This document shows, one piece after another, positions 1 through 7,956 of a DNA stretch of 32,000 bases. The notes under the pieces were generated by a model. It ran no database searches and was not told the origin of the DNA. It saw only the letters and a program-made list of their open reading frames with translations. Within the stretch, counting starts at the first letter, position 1. The number at the start of each line of letters is the position of its first letter. The stretch spans positions 60,001 through 92,000 of the forward strand of contig JBGQBI010000005.1 in assembly GCA_041494705.1 (NCBI GenBank), written 5' to 3'. The DNA is from Candidatus Methanoperedens sp. (GTDB taxonomy: Archaea > Halobacteriota > Methanosarcinia > Methanosarcinales > Methanoperedenaceae). The position numbers and the translations under genes were made by a program.

Positions 1-532
1 GAACGTTGGCCGTATTCTCCTGGACTTTTTCAAATTCGGGAAGCTTTTGTATGGACACGGGCTGGAATGCCTGTTCTCTCGCTATATTTTTCACGTTTAG
101 CCATACCGGGAATGTATCATTCAGGTCATTATAAGACAAAAGCCTTGCTTCATCGTATTTTTTGATTGCTTTATCAAGCGCATCGAGTGCGGATATTGAT
201 TTTTCCGAATCATATGAATATGAATCATGGTAAAAGATTCTTGAGTCGAGTATGAGAATATCAAAACCCTTCAGTTCAAATAGGTCTTTTGCATTTTCCT
301 TATTTGTGACAAATACATCGAATTTATTATCAGTGCGTAATACCTTGGCAAGTTCGGGGTCTGTTAAGACAACCTTGTAAATATTATCATTAATATGAAG
401 CCCGGATTGCGATACAAAAAAAGATGTCGCTCCGATTAAGATAAGGATTATAACTGAAAGAAGACGGGTTCTAAGGCTAAAATTTAATCGCGTTTTTCGA
501 AATTCCCATTTTGAGATTGTTAATAATTTCAT
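1..532 (-). CDS. ABC-2-type transporter permease-like membrane protein (partial; 3' end runs off the left edge)
   Basis: Absent from the ORF track because there is no stop in the window. My minus-strand translation from ATG (530-532) is open to position 1. It begins MKLLTISKWEFRKTRLNFSLRTRLLSVIILILIGATSFFV, an N-terminal TM helix followed by a long soluble loop. It is divergent from the adjacent ABC ATPase. Confidence 0.55.
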   Translation of the reverse strand, partial: MKLLTISKWEFRKTRLNFSLRTRLLSVIILILIGATSFFVSQSGLHINDNIYKVVLTDPELAKVLRTDNKFDVFVTNKENAKDLFELKGFDILILDSRIFYHDSYSYDSEKSISALDALDKAIKKYDEARLLSYNDLNDTFPVWLNVKNIAREQAFQPVSIQKLPEFEKVQENTANV

Positions 533-533
533 T

Positions 534-1457
534 ATGATTATGTTTATCATGGTGAATAAACAAATAAGTGTTTCTATGCATGAAATTGAAGTGGCAAATC
601 TCAGGAAAGAATATGATAATTTCATAGCAGTAGAGGCCCTGAGTTTTGAAATCAAAAAAGGTGAGATTTTCGGCATCGTGGGACCGAATGGCGCAGGCAA
701 GACCACCACTCTTAAAATGTTAAGCGGTCTTGTTACACCGACACAGGGAAGCATAAAAATACAGGGAATGGATATTAAAAAGGATACGCAGAAGATAAAA
801 AAGAAGCTTGGCTTTTTGCCTGAGGAAAGCCCGCTTTATGAGGGGATGACTGCAAATGATTACCTTTTGTTTTTCGCTGAAATTTACGGGATTGAAAAAA
901 AAATAGCGGCTGAAAGAATAAAAGAACTTCTCAATGCACTCAGGCTTGATGCTGGGGATAAGAAGATAGGCGAAATGTCAAAAGGGATGCAGCGTAAAGT
1001 TGCCATAGCGAGGGCATTGATAAATGACCCTGAGTACCTCGTTCTTGATGAAATGACCTCAGGTCTTGACCCGACGACCTCGAAGTATCTTTCGGATTTT
1101 GTGCTGGAACTGAAAAGACAGGGAAAAACAATAGTATTCAGCGCGCATAACCTTTACCAGGTGGAAAGCTTATGCGACCGTGTCCTTATAATGAACAAAG
1201 GAAAAGAAATTGCGATAGGCACATTGCCTGAGATAAAGAAAATGTGCGGGGCTATCAGGTATACAATTGAGTTCAAGGTTGAGGAAGCAGTTGATTTTAA
1301 GGCCGTGAAGAATAACGGGAATCTTGTTGCCCAAACGAACAGCCTTGATGAATTTAACATGATAACAGGCTGGGTGGCAAAGCACAATGGGAAAATAATT
1401 GATATTAAAACCACCGAAACTTCGCTTGAGGAGATTTTCCTCAAATTAATGAATTGA
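534..1457 (+). CDS. ABC transporter ATP-binding protein
   Basis: Walker A GPNGAGKTT, signature-like SKGMQRKVAIA, Walker B LVLDEMTSGLD and H-loop SAHN. The real start is more likely the ATG at 576 (MHEIEVANLRKEY). Confidence 0.9.
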   Translation: MIMFIMVNKQISVSMHEIEVANLRKEYDNFIAVEALSFEIKKGEIFGIVGPNGAGKTTTLKMLSGLVTPTQGSIKIQGMDIKKDTQKIKKKLGFLPEESPLYEGMTANDYLLFFAEIYGIEKKIAAERIKELLNALRLDAGDKKIGEMSKGMQRKVAIARALINDPEYLVLDEMTSGLDPTTSKYLSDFVLELKRQGKTIVFSAHNLYQVESLCDRVLIMNKGKEIAIGTLPEIKKMCGAIRYTIEFKVEEAVDFKAVKNNGNLVAQTNSLDEFNMITGWVAKHNGKIIDIKTTETSLEEIFLKLMN

Positions 1458-1468
1458 ATATTAATTTC

Positions 1469-2197
1469 TTACGTCTTTTTTCTTATGTCCTTTTCCATGA
1501 GTATGCGTTTTTTCTTAAGTTCATTAATGCTCCAAAGATAATAGCTCATGACAAAAATAAAGAAGATAAAAAGTACAAATAAGAAATAGGACAATAATGT
1601 CGGAGCATCTTTAAGCTGATATTTCACTGTTATTGTTCCATTATCAGGAGTGGGCTTTTCCCAGATAATCACTTCCCTTCCTGACGCATCCTGCGTAATG
1701 TTATCCGGAGGCGGCTGGATGAGACCTAAAATTTTGGAGGTTGCAGTGTAATTTAAAGGTAAAACCACCCGGATTGTTCCATTTTTGGTTATCGGGTATA
1801 TAAAATCCCCGCCGCCTGCCTGTGTATATGCAACCCATCCTGAAAAGGGTGAGCTAAAGTTCATCTGGATATAATTTTCTCCAAGAACGGGTCCCTGTGA
1901 AGCATTGAATGAAACATTTTTACCTGAATAATCCACCGCTACCGGATTCCTGAAATTGGTTTCGGGATTGCCGTTAATAATGAAATCAACTGAAGTTTGA
2001 TTAACGACATTTTCCACTACCTGCACTGAAGAATCAGTCAGGTAAAAAACAGTTGTATTATTAAGCCCCGGAAGTTCATATTCTGCTGGATTCCCGGCCT
2101 CTATCTGCGGGTTAACGCATCCGGATACAAGTATTAAAAGCAAAATGCCAAGGAATAATTCCGGTTTCATTGATGTATGGAATAATATCCGCTTCAA
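1469..2197 (-). CDS. Hypothetical surface protein with signal/lipobox-like N-terminus and C-terminal TM anchor
   Basis: N-terminal hydrophobic segment ending LVSGC, many N-x-S/T sequons, and a C-terminal TM (YFLFVLFIFFIFVMSYYLW) followed by a basic tail. It lies 23 nt downstream of acnB on the same strand. I do not recognise a family. Confidence 0.6.
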   Translation of the reverse strand: MKRILFHTSMKPELFLGILLLILVSGCVNPQIEAGNPAEYELPGLNNTTVFYLTDSSVQVVENVVNQTSVDFIINGNPETNFRNPVAVDYSGKNVSFNASQGPVLGENYIQMNFSSPFSGWVAYTQAGGGDFIYPITKNGTIRVVLPLNYTATSKILGLIQPPPDNITQDASGREVIIWEKPTPDNGTITVKYQLKDAPTLLSYFLFVLFIFFIFVMSYYLWSINELKKKRILMEKDIRKKT

Positions 2198-2220
2198 TCT
2201 TAACCATTTCCATACCGTCT

Positions 2221-4680
2221 TTATAAATACGAAATATACTCTTCGTGTGTGGGTATCTTTCCTAAAATAGCGATAACAGCGGCAAGTTCGGCAGAGCCGA
2301 GATACACCTTTGCATTTTTACCCATCCGGTTATCAAAATTTCGCGTGGATGTCGAGAACACCACTGCATTATCGGCAACCCTTGCCTGGTTGCCCATGCA
2401 CAGGCTGCATCCCGGTATCTCCATCCTTGCGCCGAGTTTTTTTAACAGGGAATAATTGCCCGTTTCTTTCATGTGTTTTTCGATAAGCTTCGTCGGCGGG
2501 GCAATCCATGTTTTTGATTCGAGGCGGTCTGCTTTCCCCAGTATCGCGGCAGCCCTGTCAAACTGTTCGAGCCCTATCATGCATGACCCGATAAAAACCT
2601 CATCGATTTTTTCACCGGCAACAAGCGAGAGCGGTTTTATGTAATCAGGGTCGTTGGGACATGCAAGCAGAGGTTCGGTTATTTGTGACAGGTCAATCTC
2701 TATAACGTCGGCATATTCCGCATCCGCGTCTGCATGAAGGAGCGAGGGCTGCTTCAGCCATTCTTCCATCGCCCTGATGCGCATTTGTAGCGCTTTTGAT
2801 GAATATCCCTCGCTAACAAGCGCTCTTAGTATGGAAATATTGGTCTTGAGGTAAGACACAACCTGTTCCTGCGACAGGGAGATTACCGCAGCTTCAGCCG
2901 AGCGCTCGGCTGAGGAATCCGTAAGTTCAAAAGCCTGCTCGACAGTAAGGCCGGGAAGTCCTTCTATCTCGATAATCCTGCCGTTGAAGATGTTCTTTTT
3001 GTTTTTCTTTTCAAGGCTGAGCTTGCCCTGTTTTAGCGCAAAATATGGGATGGCATTAACAACATCCCGTAAAAAAATACCTTTCCCTGCCGCGCCTTTC
3101 CACCTGACAAGCACGCTTTGCGGCATGTCAAGCGGCATGACCCCGAGAGCTGCGGCAAATGCCACAAGGCCGCTTCCGGCAGGGAATGAGATACCTATCG
3201 GGAAGCGCGTATGGCTGTCGCCCCCGGTTCCAACCGTATCGGGGAGAAGCATCCTGTTCAACCATGAATGGATTATACCGTCCCCTGGTTTCAGGACAAC
3301 TGCGCCCCTTTCCGTGAAAAACCGGGCAAGCTCCTTATGCATTATCCTGTCGGCGGGCGTGGGATAGGCTGCGGTGTGACAGAAAGACTGCATGACCAGA
3401 GGCGCTTGGAATTCAAGGCAGACAAGCTCTTTTATCTCATCTGCTGTCATGGGGCCTGTGGTATCCTGTGAGCCCACTGTCGTGATTTTTGGAAGACATG
3501 CCTGGCCCGGACGCACGCCGGGAAGACCGCATGCCTGACCCACTATTTTCTGGGCAAGGGTGTAACCGCTGCCAGAAAGTGGCGGCTCAGCAGGTTTAAT
3601 AAAAATATCATAATTCACTCCAAGGGCATCGTTGGCTTTTCTTGTAAGCTCTTTCCCGATTATCAAAAGAAGCCTGCCGCCAGCCCTGTATTCATCGGGA
3701 AGCGTTTCAGGTTCAAGGTTAAATGCTGCCAGTATGCGCCCGTCTTCACCGCGAATCCTTCCGTTCGCGAAATCTATTGTAACCACCATGCCCTTCTCAA
3801 GCCCTGACACGTCACATCTTATGGGAAGGGCGCCGCTGTCCCTCGCAGTGTTAAAGAAAATTGGCGCAACCTGGCTTCCGAGGACGACCCCGCCTTTGCG
3901 TTTATTAGGGACGCCGGGAATGTCTTCCCCTATCCACCATATTAGTGAATTTGCAGCGGATTTCCTGCTGCTGCCTGTCCCGACCACATCTCCCGCGAAC
4001 GCAACCGGATAACCCTGCTTTTTGAGTTCCCTTAGTTCCGAAAGCGCGCCCGGATAGCGGGATTCGAGCATGGAAAGTGCATGGAGAGGGATATCGGGAC
4101 GCGTCCCCGCATGCGAAGCCGGTGATAAATCGTCGGTATTGACCTCGCCGGGCACTTTAAAAATTATCACTTTTTGAACTTTTGGGATTCCGGCGCTGTT
4201 GGTGAACCATTCGGCTTTTGCCCAGCTTTCGAGGACTTTTCTGGCATTGGGATTGGTACGGGCAAGCTTGTTGAGCTTATCAAAGAAACCGAAGATTAAA
4301 ATGGTATTTGACAGGGCATGAACAGCCTCATCCGCAAGCCCGTCGTCTTCAAGCAATTCAATAAGCGTCTCGATATTATACCCGCCTTTCATCATGCCAA
4401 GAAGCCTGACAGCTTCGCGGGGCGTGATTATCGGGGATGATTTCTCACGAAGCGCCAGATGCCTTAAGAGCTTTGCTTTTTCAAGCGCGGCAGGGTCAAC
4501 GCCAGGCGGGATATGTTCTTTTAAGATTTCGAGGATGAAGTCTTCCATGCCAGAGGGAGGTGCTATAACTAATTCCGAGAGGGCTTTTACCTGTTCTGCG
4601 TTCAGGGGCAGCGGCGGGATTCCAAGGTTTTGCCTCTCAGTAATGTGTTTTTTATAATTGTTTAGAGCTTCGGGGAACAT
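2221..4680 (-). CDS. acnB: Aconitate hydratase B (bifunctional aconitase 2 / 2-methylisocitrate dehydratase type)
   Basis: 819 aa, collinear with E. coli AcnB as I recall it: FKVxGExNTDDLSPA, GDVVGTGSSRKSA, VGSQDTTGPMT, DTVGTGGDSHTRFPIGISFPAGSGLVAFAAA and EIPGCSLCMGNQARV. It lacks the last ~45 aa of the E. coli protein. Confidence 0.9.
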   Translation of the reverse strand: MFPEALNNYKKHITERQNLGIPPLPLNAEQVKALSELVIAPPSGMEDFILEILKEHIPPGVDPAALEKAKLLRHLALREKSSPIITPREAVRLLGMMKGGYNIETLIELLEDDGLADEAVHALSNTILIFGFFDKLNKLARTNPNARKVLESWAKAEWFTNSAGIPKVQKVIIFKVPGEVNTDDLSPASHAGTRPDIPLHALSMLESRYPGALSELRELKKQGYPVAFAGDVVGTGSSRKSAANSLIWWIGEDIPGVPNKRKGGVVLGSQVAPIFFNTARDSGALPIRCDVSGLEKGMVVTIDFANGRIRGEDGRILAAFNLEPETLPDEYRAGGRLLLIIGKELTRKANDALGVNYDIFIKPAEPPLSGSGYTLAQKIVGQACGLPGVRPGQACLPKITTVGSQDTTGPMTADEIKELVCLEFQAPLVMQSFCHTAAYPTPADRIMHKELARFFTERGAVVLKPGDGIIHSWLNRMLLPDTVGTGGDSHTRFPIGISFPAGSGLVAFAAALGVMPLDMPQSVLVRWKGAAGKGIFLRDVVNAIPYFALKQGKLSLEKKNKKNIFNGRIIEIEGLPGLTVEQAFELTDSSAERSAEAAVISLSQEQVVSYLKTNISILRALVSEGYSSKALQMRIRAMEEWLKQPSLLHADADAEYADVIEIDLSQITEPLLACPNDPDYIKPLSLVAGEKIDEVFIGSCMIGLEQFDRAAAILGKADRLESKTWIAPPTKLIEKHMKETGNYSLLKKLGARMEIPGCSLCMGNQARVADNAVVFSTSTRNFDNRMGKNAKVYLGSAELAAVIAILGKIPTHEEYISYL

Positions 4681-4754
4681 TTCGTGCCTGAAGAGGTTTG
4701 CTATGTCTATTAATTTAACGCAGAAGGATAACGAACAACTAATGAAACGATTTA

Positions 4755-4785
4755 AACCACAGAGGACACAGAGAGCACAGAGAAT
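4755..4785. repeat. Solo arm of the 9-nt-periodic CACAGAG repeat (AACCACAGAG GACACAGAG AGCACAGAG AAT)
   Basis: Three tandem NNCACAGAG units plus AAT. It is near-identical to the left arm of the hairpin at 6976-7006. It lies in the spacer between the SRPBCC stop and the acnB start. Confidence 0.7.
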
Positions 4786-4815
4786 ATGGGCTTATATTTT
4801 GAAGAAAGCCTGCCG

Positions 4816-5247
4816 TCATCGTTCCGCCCTCAATTTGAGAGCCTGGTTCATTTCTTCAAAGCCCCGCCGTGTGTCCTTATCAAGCCCGCGCGCAAACAGT
4901 GGAACGAGCAAGCCTGTAAAAATCTCGCGCTGGACAAATCGCACACGTCCGGCTTCAAGTGGCTCGATGGTGAAACTGTGCTCACCGTCGAACAGACCGG
5001 GTATCAGGAAGTGTCCCAGCCAGCGCAGTTCGCGGTTTGGTTCTGCCTTGAGAACCTTTGGCCGGAAAGTCATGCCTTTTGCGCCTGAAGGCTGGAGATA
5101 TACCTGAAGCTGTGCGCCTTTTCCGGGTTCCCCGCTGGCTTGGCGTATGAACGGGTTCCACTGCGGAAAACTGGCAAAATCAGTGAGCAACTGCCATACA
5201 CGCTCAGGAGAGGCGTTTATTTCGATTTCGGTGCGGAGTTGTTTCAT
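4816..5247 (-). CDS. SRPBCC (polyketide cyclase/dehydrase-like) family protein
   Basis: 143 aa. The N-terminus IEINASPERVWQLLTDFASFPQWNPFI is typical of the SRPBCC/START-like fold family. Confidence 0.8.
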   Translation of the reverse strand: MKQLRTEIEINASPERVWQLLTDFASFPQWNPFIRQASGEPGKGAQLQVYLQPSGAKGMTFRPKVLKAEPNRELRWLGHFLIPGLFDGEHSFTIEPLEAGRVRFVQREIFTGLLVPLFARGLDKDTRRGFEEMNQALKLRAER

Positions 5248-5332
5248 GGTTCAGTTTCTTTCCATGTTTTTCAACTATTATCTATGTGAAAGAGGTTTAT
5301 GAGGCATAATCTTTATTAAAATTAAGTACGGA

Positions 5333-6667
5333 TTATGATGGATTGTAGTTACTCTTACTATCGTTCAATAAATAGAATCCTTTTATTGCAATTTTCACAT
5401 TTTTTGGGCGAGTAACATTCAATTCATAATATCCTGGACTCAAATTTGTTGTATTGATAAAAAGTCCATACTTCCCATTCTCGAATGAATTGGCAGAGAG
5501 ATTACCAGATACCAATATATTTGGTTTGTGATTAGGTTCTATATTTTCGATTAAATCAGTTAGAAATAAATTATTCTCTCTATCCGATTTTGATAATTTT
5601 ATTGATATATTCGAATTTAGACCTGTTACTTGAATAGTTACAGGAATTGGGTCACCATTCTTATGATAAATGCTACCGACGTCGATTATAACATCACCGT
5701 TGATGAAATATGAAAAAGGAGTGATTGATAAAGCAAATATAATTAGACCAATTAAAAAAAGAATTGAGGTGATACTAAATACCCACTTGTAATATCTTTT
5801 TGGAATTATGAAATAATAGAGAAAAGTTCCATTTAATATGGACATGAGAAGTAAAAAAGTATTAGCTAACAATAAGGATTTAAGATAAAAAACGTACAAA
5901 ACAAGAAACCCAAACAATATTAAAATAATCCCAAGTCTCAGCAAAAATGATTTTCCTTTGATATTGAAATTTTTTATATTTCGTAAACCATCTATGGTTT
6001 TCTTCACAGCGAATTCATAGGTTCTACCGTTATTGCTATTCAGGTTGACCTTGGTTTCTTCATTGTTAAGTCTTAGATAAAGCCAATTATCAATTGTAGA
6101 TACTTTTATGGTTGTATCATTATAGATTTTTTCGACTATAGCCGTTTTTGCCCAAGCAATATTAATCGTTGATAGAAATTCAATAAGTTTTTCTTTATCT
6201 CTTCCTGGAATTTTATCCCAGCAAAACAAAAACGAAAAATATTCTAAACATTTGATCCATATGAAAAAAAACATTAAAATATAAATAATTATCACGATTA
6301 CAAAATTTTCCGGATTTATTGCCGAAAAGATTAAACTTAAAAGGTATATTAAAATTATTGCGAACAATAAAAAGGCTGAATGGTAGACGATGGCAGCCAA
6401 TGTATCCCACTGCCTTTTATTGTCGTCTTGCATTTTAATCGAGATACCATATATTATAACATATATAATAAAAAATGAAATGGAAACAATAGTAACTGGA
6501 ATTAGAAGAGAAGCATAAGTATACCATTTTTCTTCAATAGGGTATTTTTGAAAATATATATAAATTGCTGATAGAAAACCCAAAAGAGTAGTAACTGCAA
6601 TTATTGCAAAATTAAATCCATCTGATTTTTCATCATCTGCCATGTGTTTTACCGTATTGAACAACAC
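5333..6667 (-). CDS. Polytopic membrane protein of unknown function with a C-terminal beta-rich extracytoplasmic domain
   Basis: 444 aa with at least 8 hydrophobic helices. It has a soluble middle segment and a C-terminal ~120 aa N/S/T-rich domain. It is markedly AT-rich (27-35% GC in spot counts). The track start is GTG at 6667; ATG at 6646 is an alternative. Confidence 0.6.
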   Translation of the reverse strand: MLFNTVKHMADDEKSDGFNFAIIAVTTLLGFLSAIYIYFQKYPIEEKWYTYASLLIPVTIVSISFFIIYVIIYGISIKMQDDNKRQWDTLAAIVYHSAFLLFAIILIYLLSLIFSAINPENFVIVIIIYILMFFFIWIKCLEYFSFLFCWDKIPGRDKEKLIEFLSTINIAWAKTAIVEKIYNDTTIKVSTIDNWLYLRLNNEETKVNLNSNNGRTYEFAVKKTIDGLRNIKNFNIKGKSFLLRLGIILILFGFLVLYVFYLKSLLLANTFLLLMSILNGTFLYYFIIPKRYYKWVFSITSILFLIGLIIFALSITPFSYFINGDVIIDVGSIYHKNGDPIPVTIQVTGLNSNISIKLSKSDRENNLFLTDLIENIEPNHKPNILVSGNLSANSFENGKYGLFINTTNLSPGYYELNVTRPKNVKIAIKGFYLLNDSKSNYNPS

Positions 6668-6830
6668 TACCTTTATTTATTTTCGTAACATCATCACCCA
6701 TTTATACTCCTTTATTAATAGTATATATCTTAAGATTATCTTTCTGGTTAAAAGTAATCCTACAGATTTTCTCTTTTCATAAAAATAATCCATCTACCAA
6801 TCCTAACGGTCAATATTGTATATGATCCAA

Positions 6831-6935
6831 GACGGGGCGACCCCTGCCCAGCCGCGCCGCCAGCCGCGCAGTCCAAGCCCTCCTCCCCGATGGGGACGGC
6901 GCGCCCCGAAGCGACCCTGCGAACTGCGCCGCGGT
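6831..6935. other. Isolated GC-rich island (79% GC over 6831-6930), possibly structured RNA or a foreign DNA remnant
   Basis: I counted 79 G+C in 6831-6930 against 27 G+C in 6721-6820. Local hairpins are GGGGcgaCCCC (6834-6844) and CCCCgatGGGG (6885-6895). A long-range complement pairs CGGGGCG (6833-6839) with CGCCCCG (6902-6908). All overlapping ORFs translate to R/G/P/A low-complexity sequence. Confidence 0.4.
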
Positions 6936-6975
6936 TTTCCATTCGCTATATGCTGGAACCAAAGTGAAGATAATC

Positions 6976-7043
6976 GACCACGGAGGACACAGAGACCACA
7001 GAGAATTTCCGTTTGGCTCTGTGTCCTCTGTGCGCTCTGTGGT
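6976..7043. repeat. Imperfect hairpin built from 9-nt CACAGAG units (3 units, AAT, 10-nt spacer, 3 complementary units)
   Basis: The left arm is GACCACGGAG GACACAGAG ACCACAGAG AAT (6976-7006). The right arm is CTCTGTGTC CTCTGTGCG CTCTGTGGT (7017-7043). Arms of 27 nt pair at about 22/27 positions. Confidence 0.8.
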
Positions 7044-7130
7044 TTTAAAAACCAGAAAATAATAATAAGTTCCCAAAAATACACCGCAAATTTTATGTTG
7101 ATGCAGATGATATCATATATGCAGGTGTTG

Positions 7131-7334
7131 ATGATGACAGAATACGTCCGAACAACAATAAAATTAAGAGAAGATGTTTACCAGACCCTCAAAAAAGAAG
7201 CCGGAGTGAAGAACATTTCAGAAAAAATAAATGAAATCCTGATAAAAATGCTTTTCAAGGAGAAAAAAAGCCTCTTCGGGACAATGCAAAAGACCGATTT
7301 ATCCGACCTCAGGGACCATGAGGACAGATTGTAA
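7131..7334 (+). CDS. vapB: Type II antitoxin, VapB-like (partner of PIN toxin)
   Basis: I trimmed the 172-aa track ORF to the 67-aa C-terminal part (MMTEYVRTTIKLREDVYQTLKKEAG...). AGGTG at 7123-7127 precedes the ATG at 7131. The stop overlaps the vapC start as TAATG. Confidence 0.7.
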   Translation: MMTEYVRTTIKLREDVYQTLKKEAGVKNISEKINEILIKMLFKEKKSLFGTMQKTDLSDLRDHEDRL

Positions 7335-7708
7335 TGCTGCTGGATTCATTTGCATGGATGGAATATTTCATGGGGACTCAAAAAGGTGAAAAAGTCAAGA
7401 GATTTGTGGATGATGATTCACAATTGTACACATCCCCTATTGTGATCGCAGAGATTTATTCTAAATCCATCAGGACTGATGGAAATGCGAAGGAGAGAAC
7501 GGATTTTATAATTAAAAGATGCGCCATCGTCGCACTTGATGAAAAAATCGCAATTGAAGCAGCAAAAATACATGCTGAGAATAAAGCCAAGACTCCTGAT
7601 TTCGGCCTTGCAGACGCCATCATACTTGCATCCGCAAGAAGCAGAAATATGAAAGTATTGACCGGAGACCCGCATTTTAAGAATTTCAAAGATGCTGTTA
7701 TGCTCTGA
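7334..7708 (+). CDS. vapC: PIN-domain ribonuclease toxin VapC
   Basis: 124 aa with the PIN acidic residues in the expected places: MLLDS (D4), IAEIYS (E), LADAIILA (D) and TGDPHF (D). Confidence 0.9.
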   Translation: MLLDSFAWMEYFMGTQKGEKVKRFVDDDSQLYTSPIVIAEIYSKSIRTDGNAKERTDFIIKRCAIVALDEKIAIEAAKIHAENKAKTPDFGLADAIILASARSRNMKVLTGDPHFKNFKDAVML

Positions 7709-7768
7709 TTTTACAGGACAAGCTCTTAAGCAGCAGCAATCATCTTCCGCCAATACATTCGACTGTAC

Positions 7769-7817
7769 CTTCTGCGGTGGAAAATCCTGCACCGCAAAGC
7801 ACGCCAGGAGCGCAAAG
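7769..7817. repeat. CGCAAAG-flavour 9-nt-periodic repeat with a short upstream complementary arm
   Basis: Units are ACCGCAAAG CACGCCAGG AGCGCAAAG (7791-7817). TGCGGTG (7773-7779) pairs with CACCGCA (7790-7796). It lies about 60 nt downstream of vapC. Confidence 0.6.
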
Positions 7818-7853
7818 TTACTTTAGACGAAATTTAACACCAAAAGATTTTAC

Positions 7854-7893
7854 ACACATCTTTAAGAAAATATTATTAATACAGCAGATGTGT
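7854..7893. promoter_or_regulatory. 8-bp inverted repeat ACACATCT/AGATGTGT flanking an AT-rich TATA-like stretch upstream of the P-type ATPase
   Basis: ACACATCT (7854-7861) and AGATGTGT (7886-7893) enclose ttaagaaaatattattaatacagc. The element ends 64 nt upstream of the ATG at 7957. Confidence 0.25.
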
Positions 7894-7956
7894 TAGAGGT
7901 ATAGAAAAAAGAAAAGTCTAAACTGAAAAAGAACCTGTAAAGGAGATTTTTGGATA

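Noticed and set aside
4658-5107. 149-aa and 100-aa plus-strand ORFs
   Set aside because: They are antisense to the well-supported SRPBCC gene. They are R/S/P-rich shadow frames, and the N-terminal part reads through the CACAGAG repeat.
6837-6934. Direct repeat within the GC island (GCGACCCCTGC...GCGCCGC at 6837-6861 and GCGACCCTGC...GCGCCGC at 6911-6934)
   Set aside because: Only two short blocks (10-11 nt and 7 nt) match, and the middle differs. In 79% GC sequence this could easily be chance.
6760-7084. Three overlapping minus-strand ORFs (60, 88 and 93 aa) over the GC island and hairpin
   Set aside because: They are mutually exclusive frames with low-complexity G/R/A/P or TEDTE-type peptides produced by GC richness and the 9-nt repeat. 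None has an RBS or family resemblance.
6816-7130. N-terminal 105 codons of the 172-aa track ORF 6816..7334
   Set aside because: This part runs through the GC island and the CACAGAG hairpin and translates to R/P/S low-complexity plus LCVLCALC repeat artefacts. Only the last 67 codons, which have an RBS and TAATG coupling to vapC, look like a real gene (vapB).
7418-7792. 124-aa minus-strand ORF
   Set aside because: It is antisense to vapC, Cys-rich and implausible, and extends into the CGCAAAG repeat.
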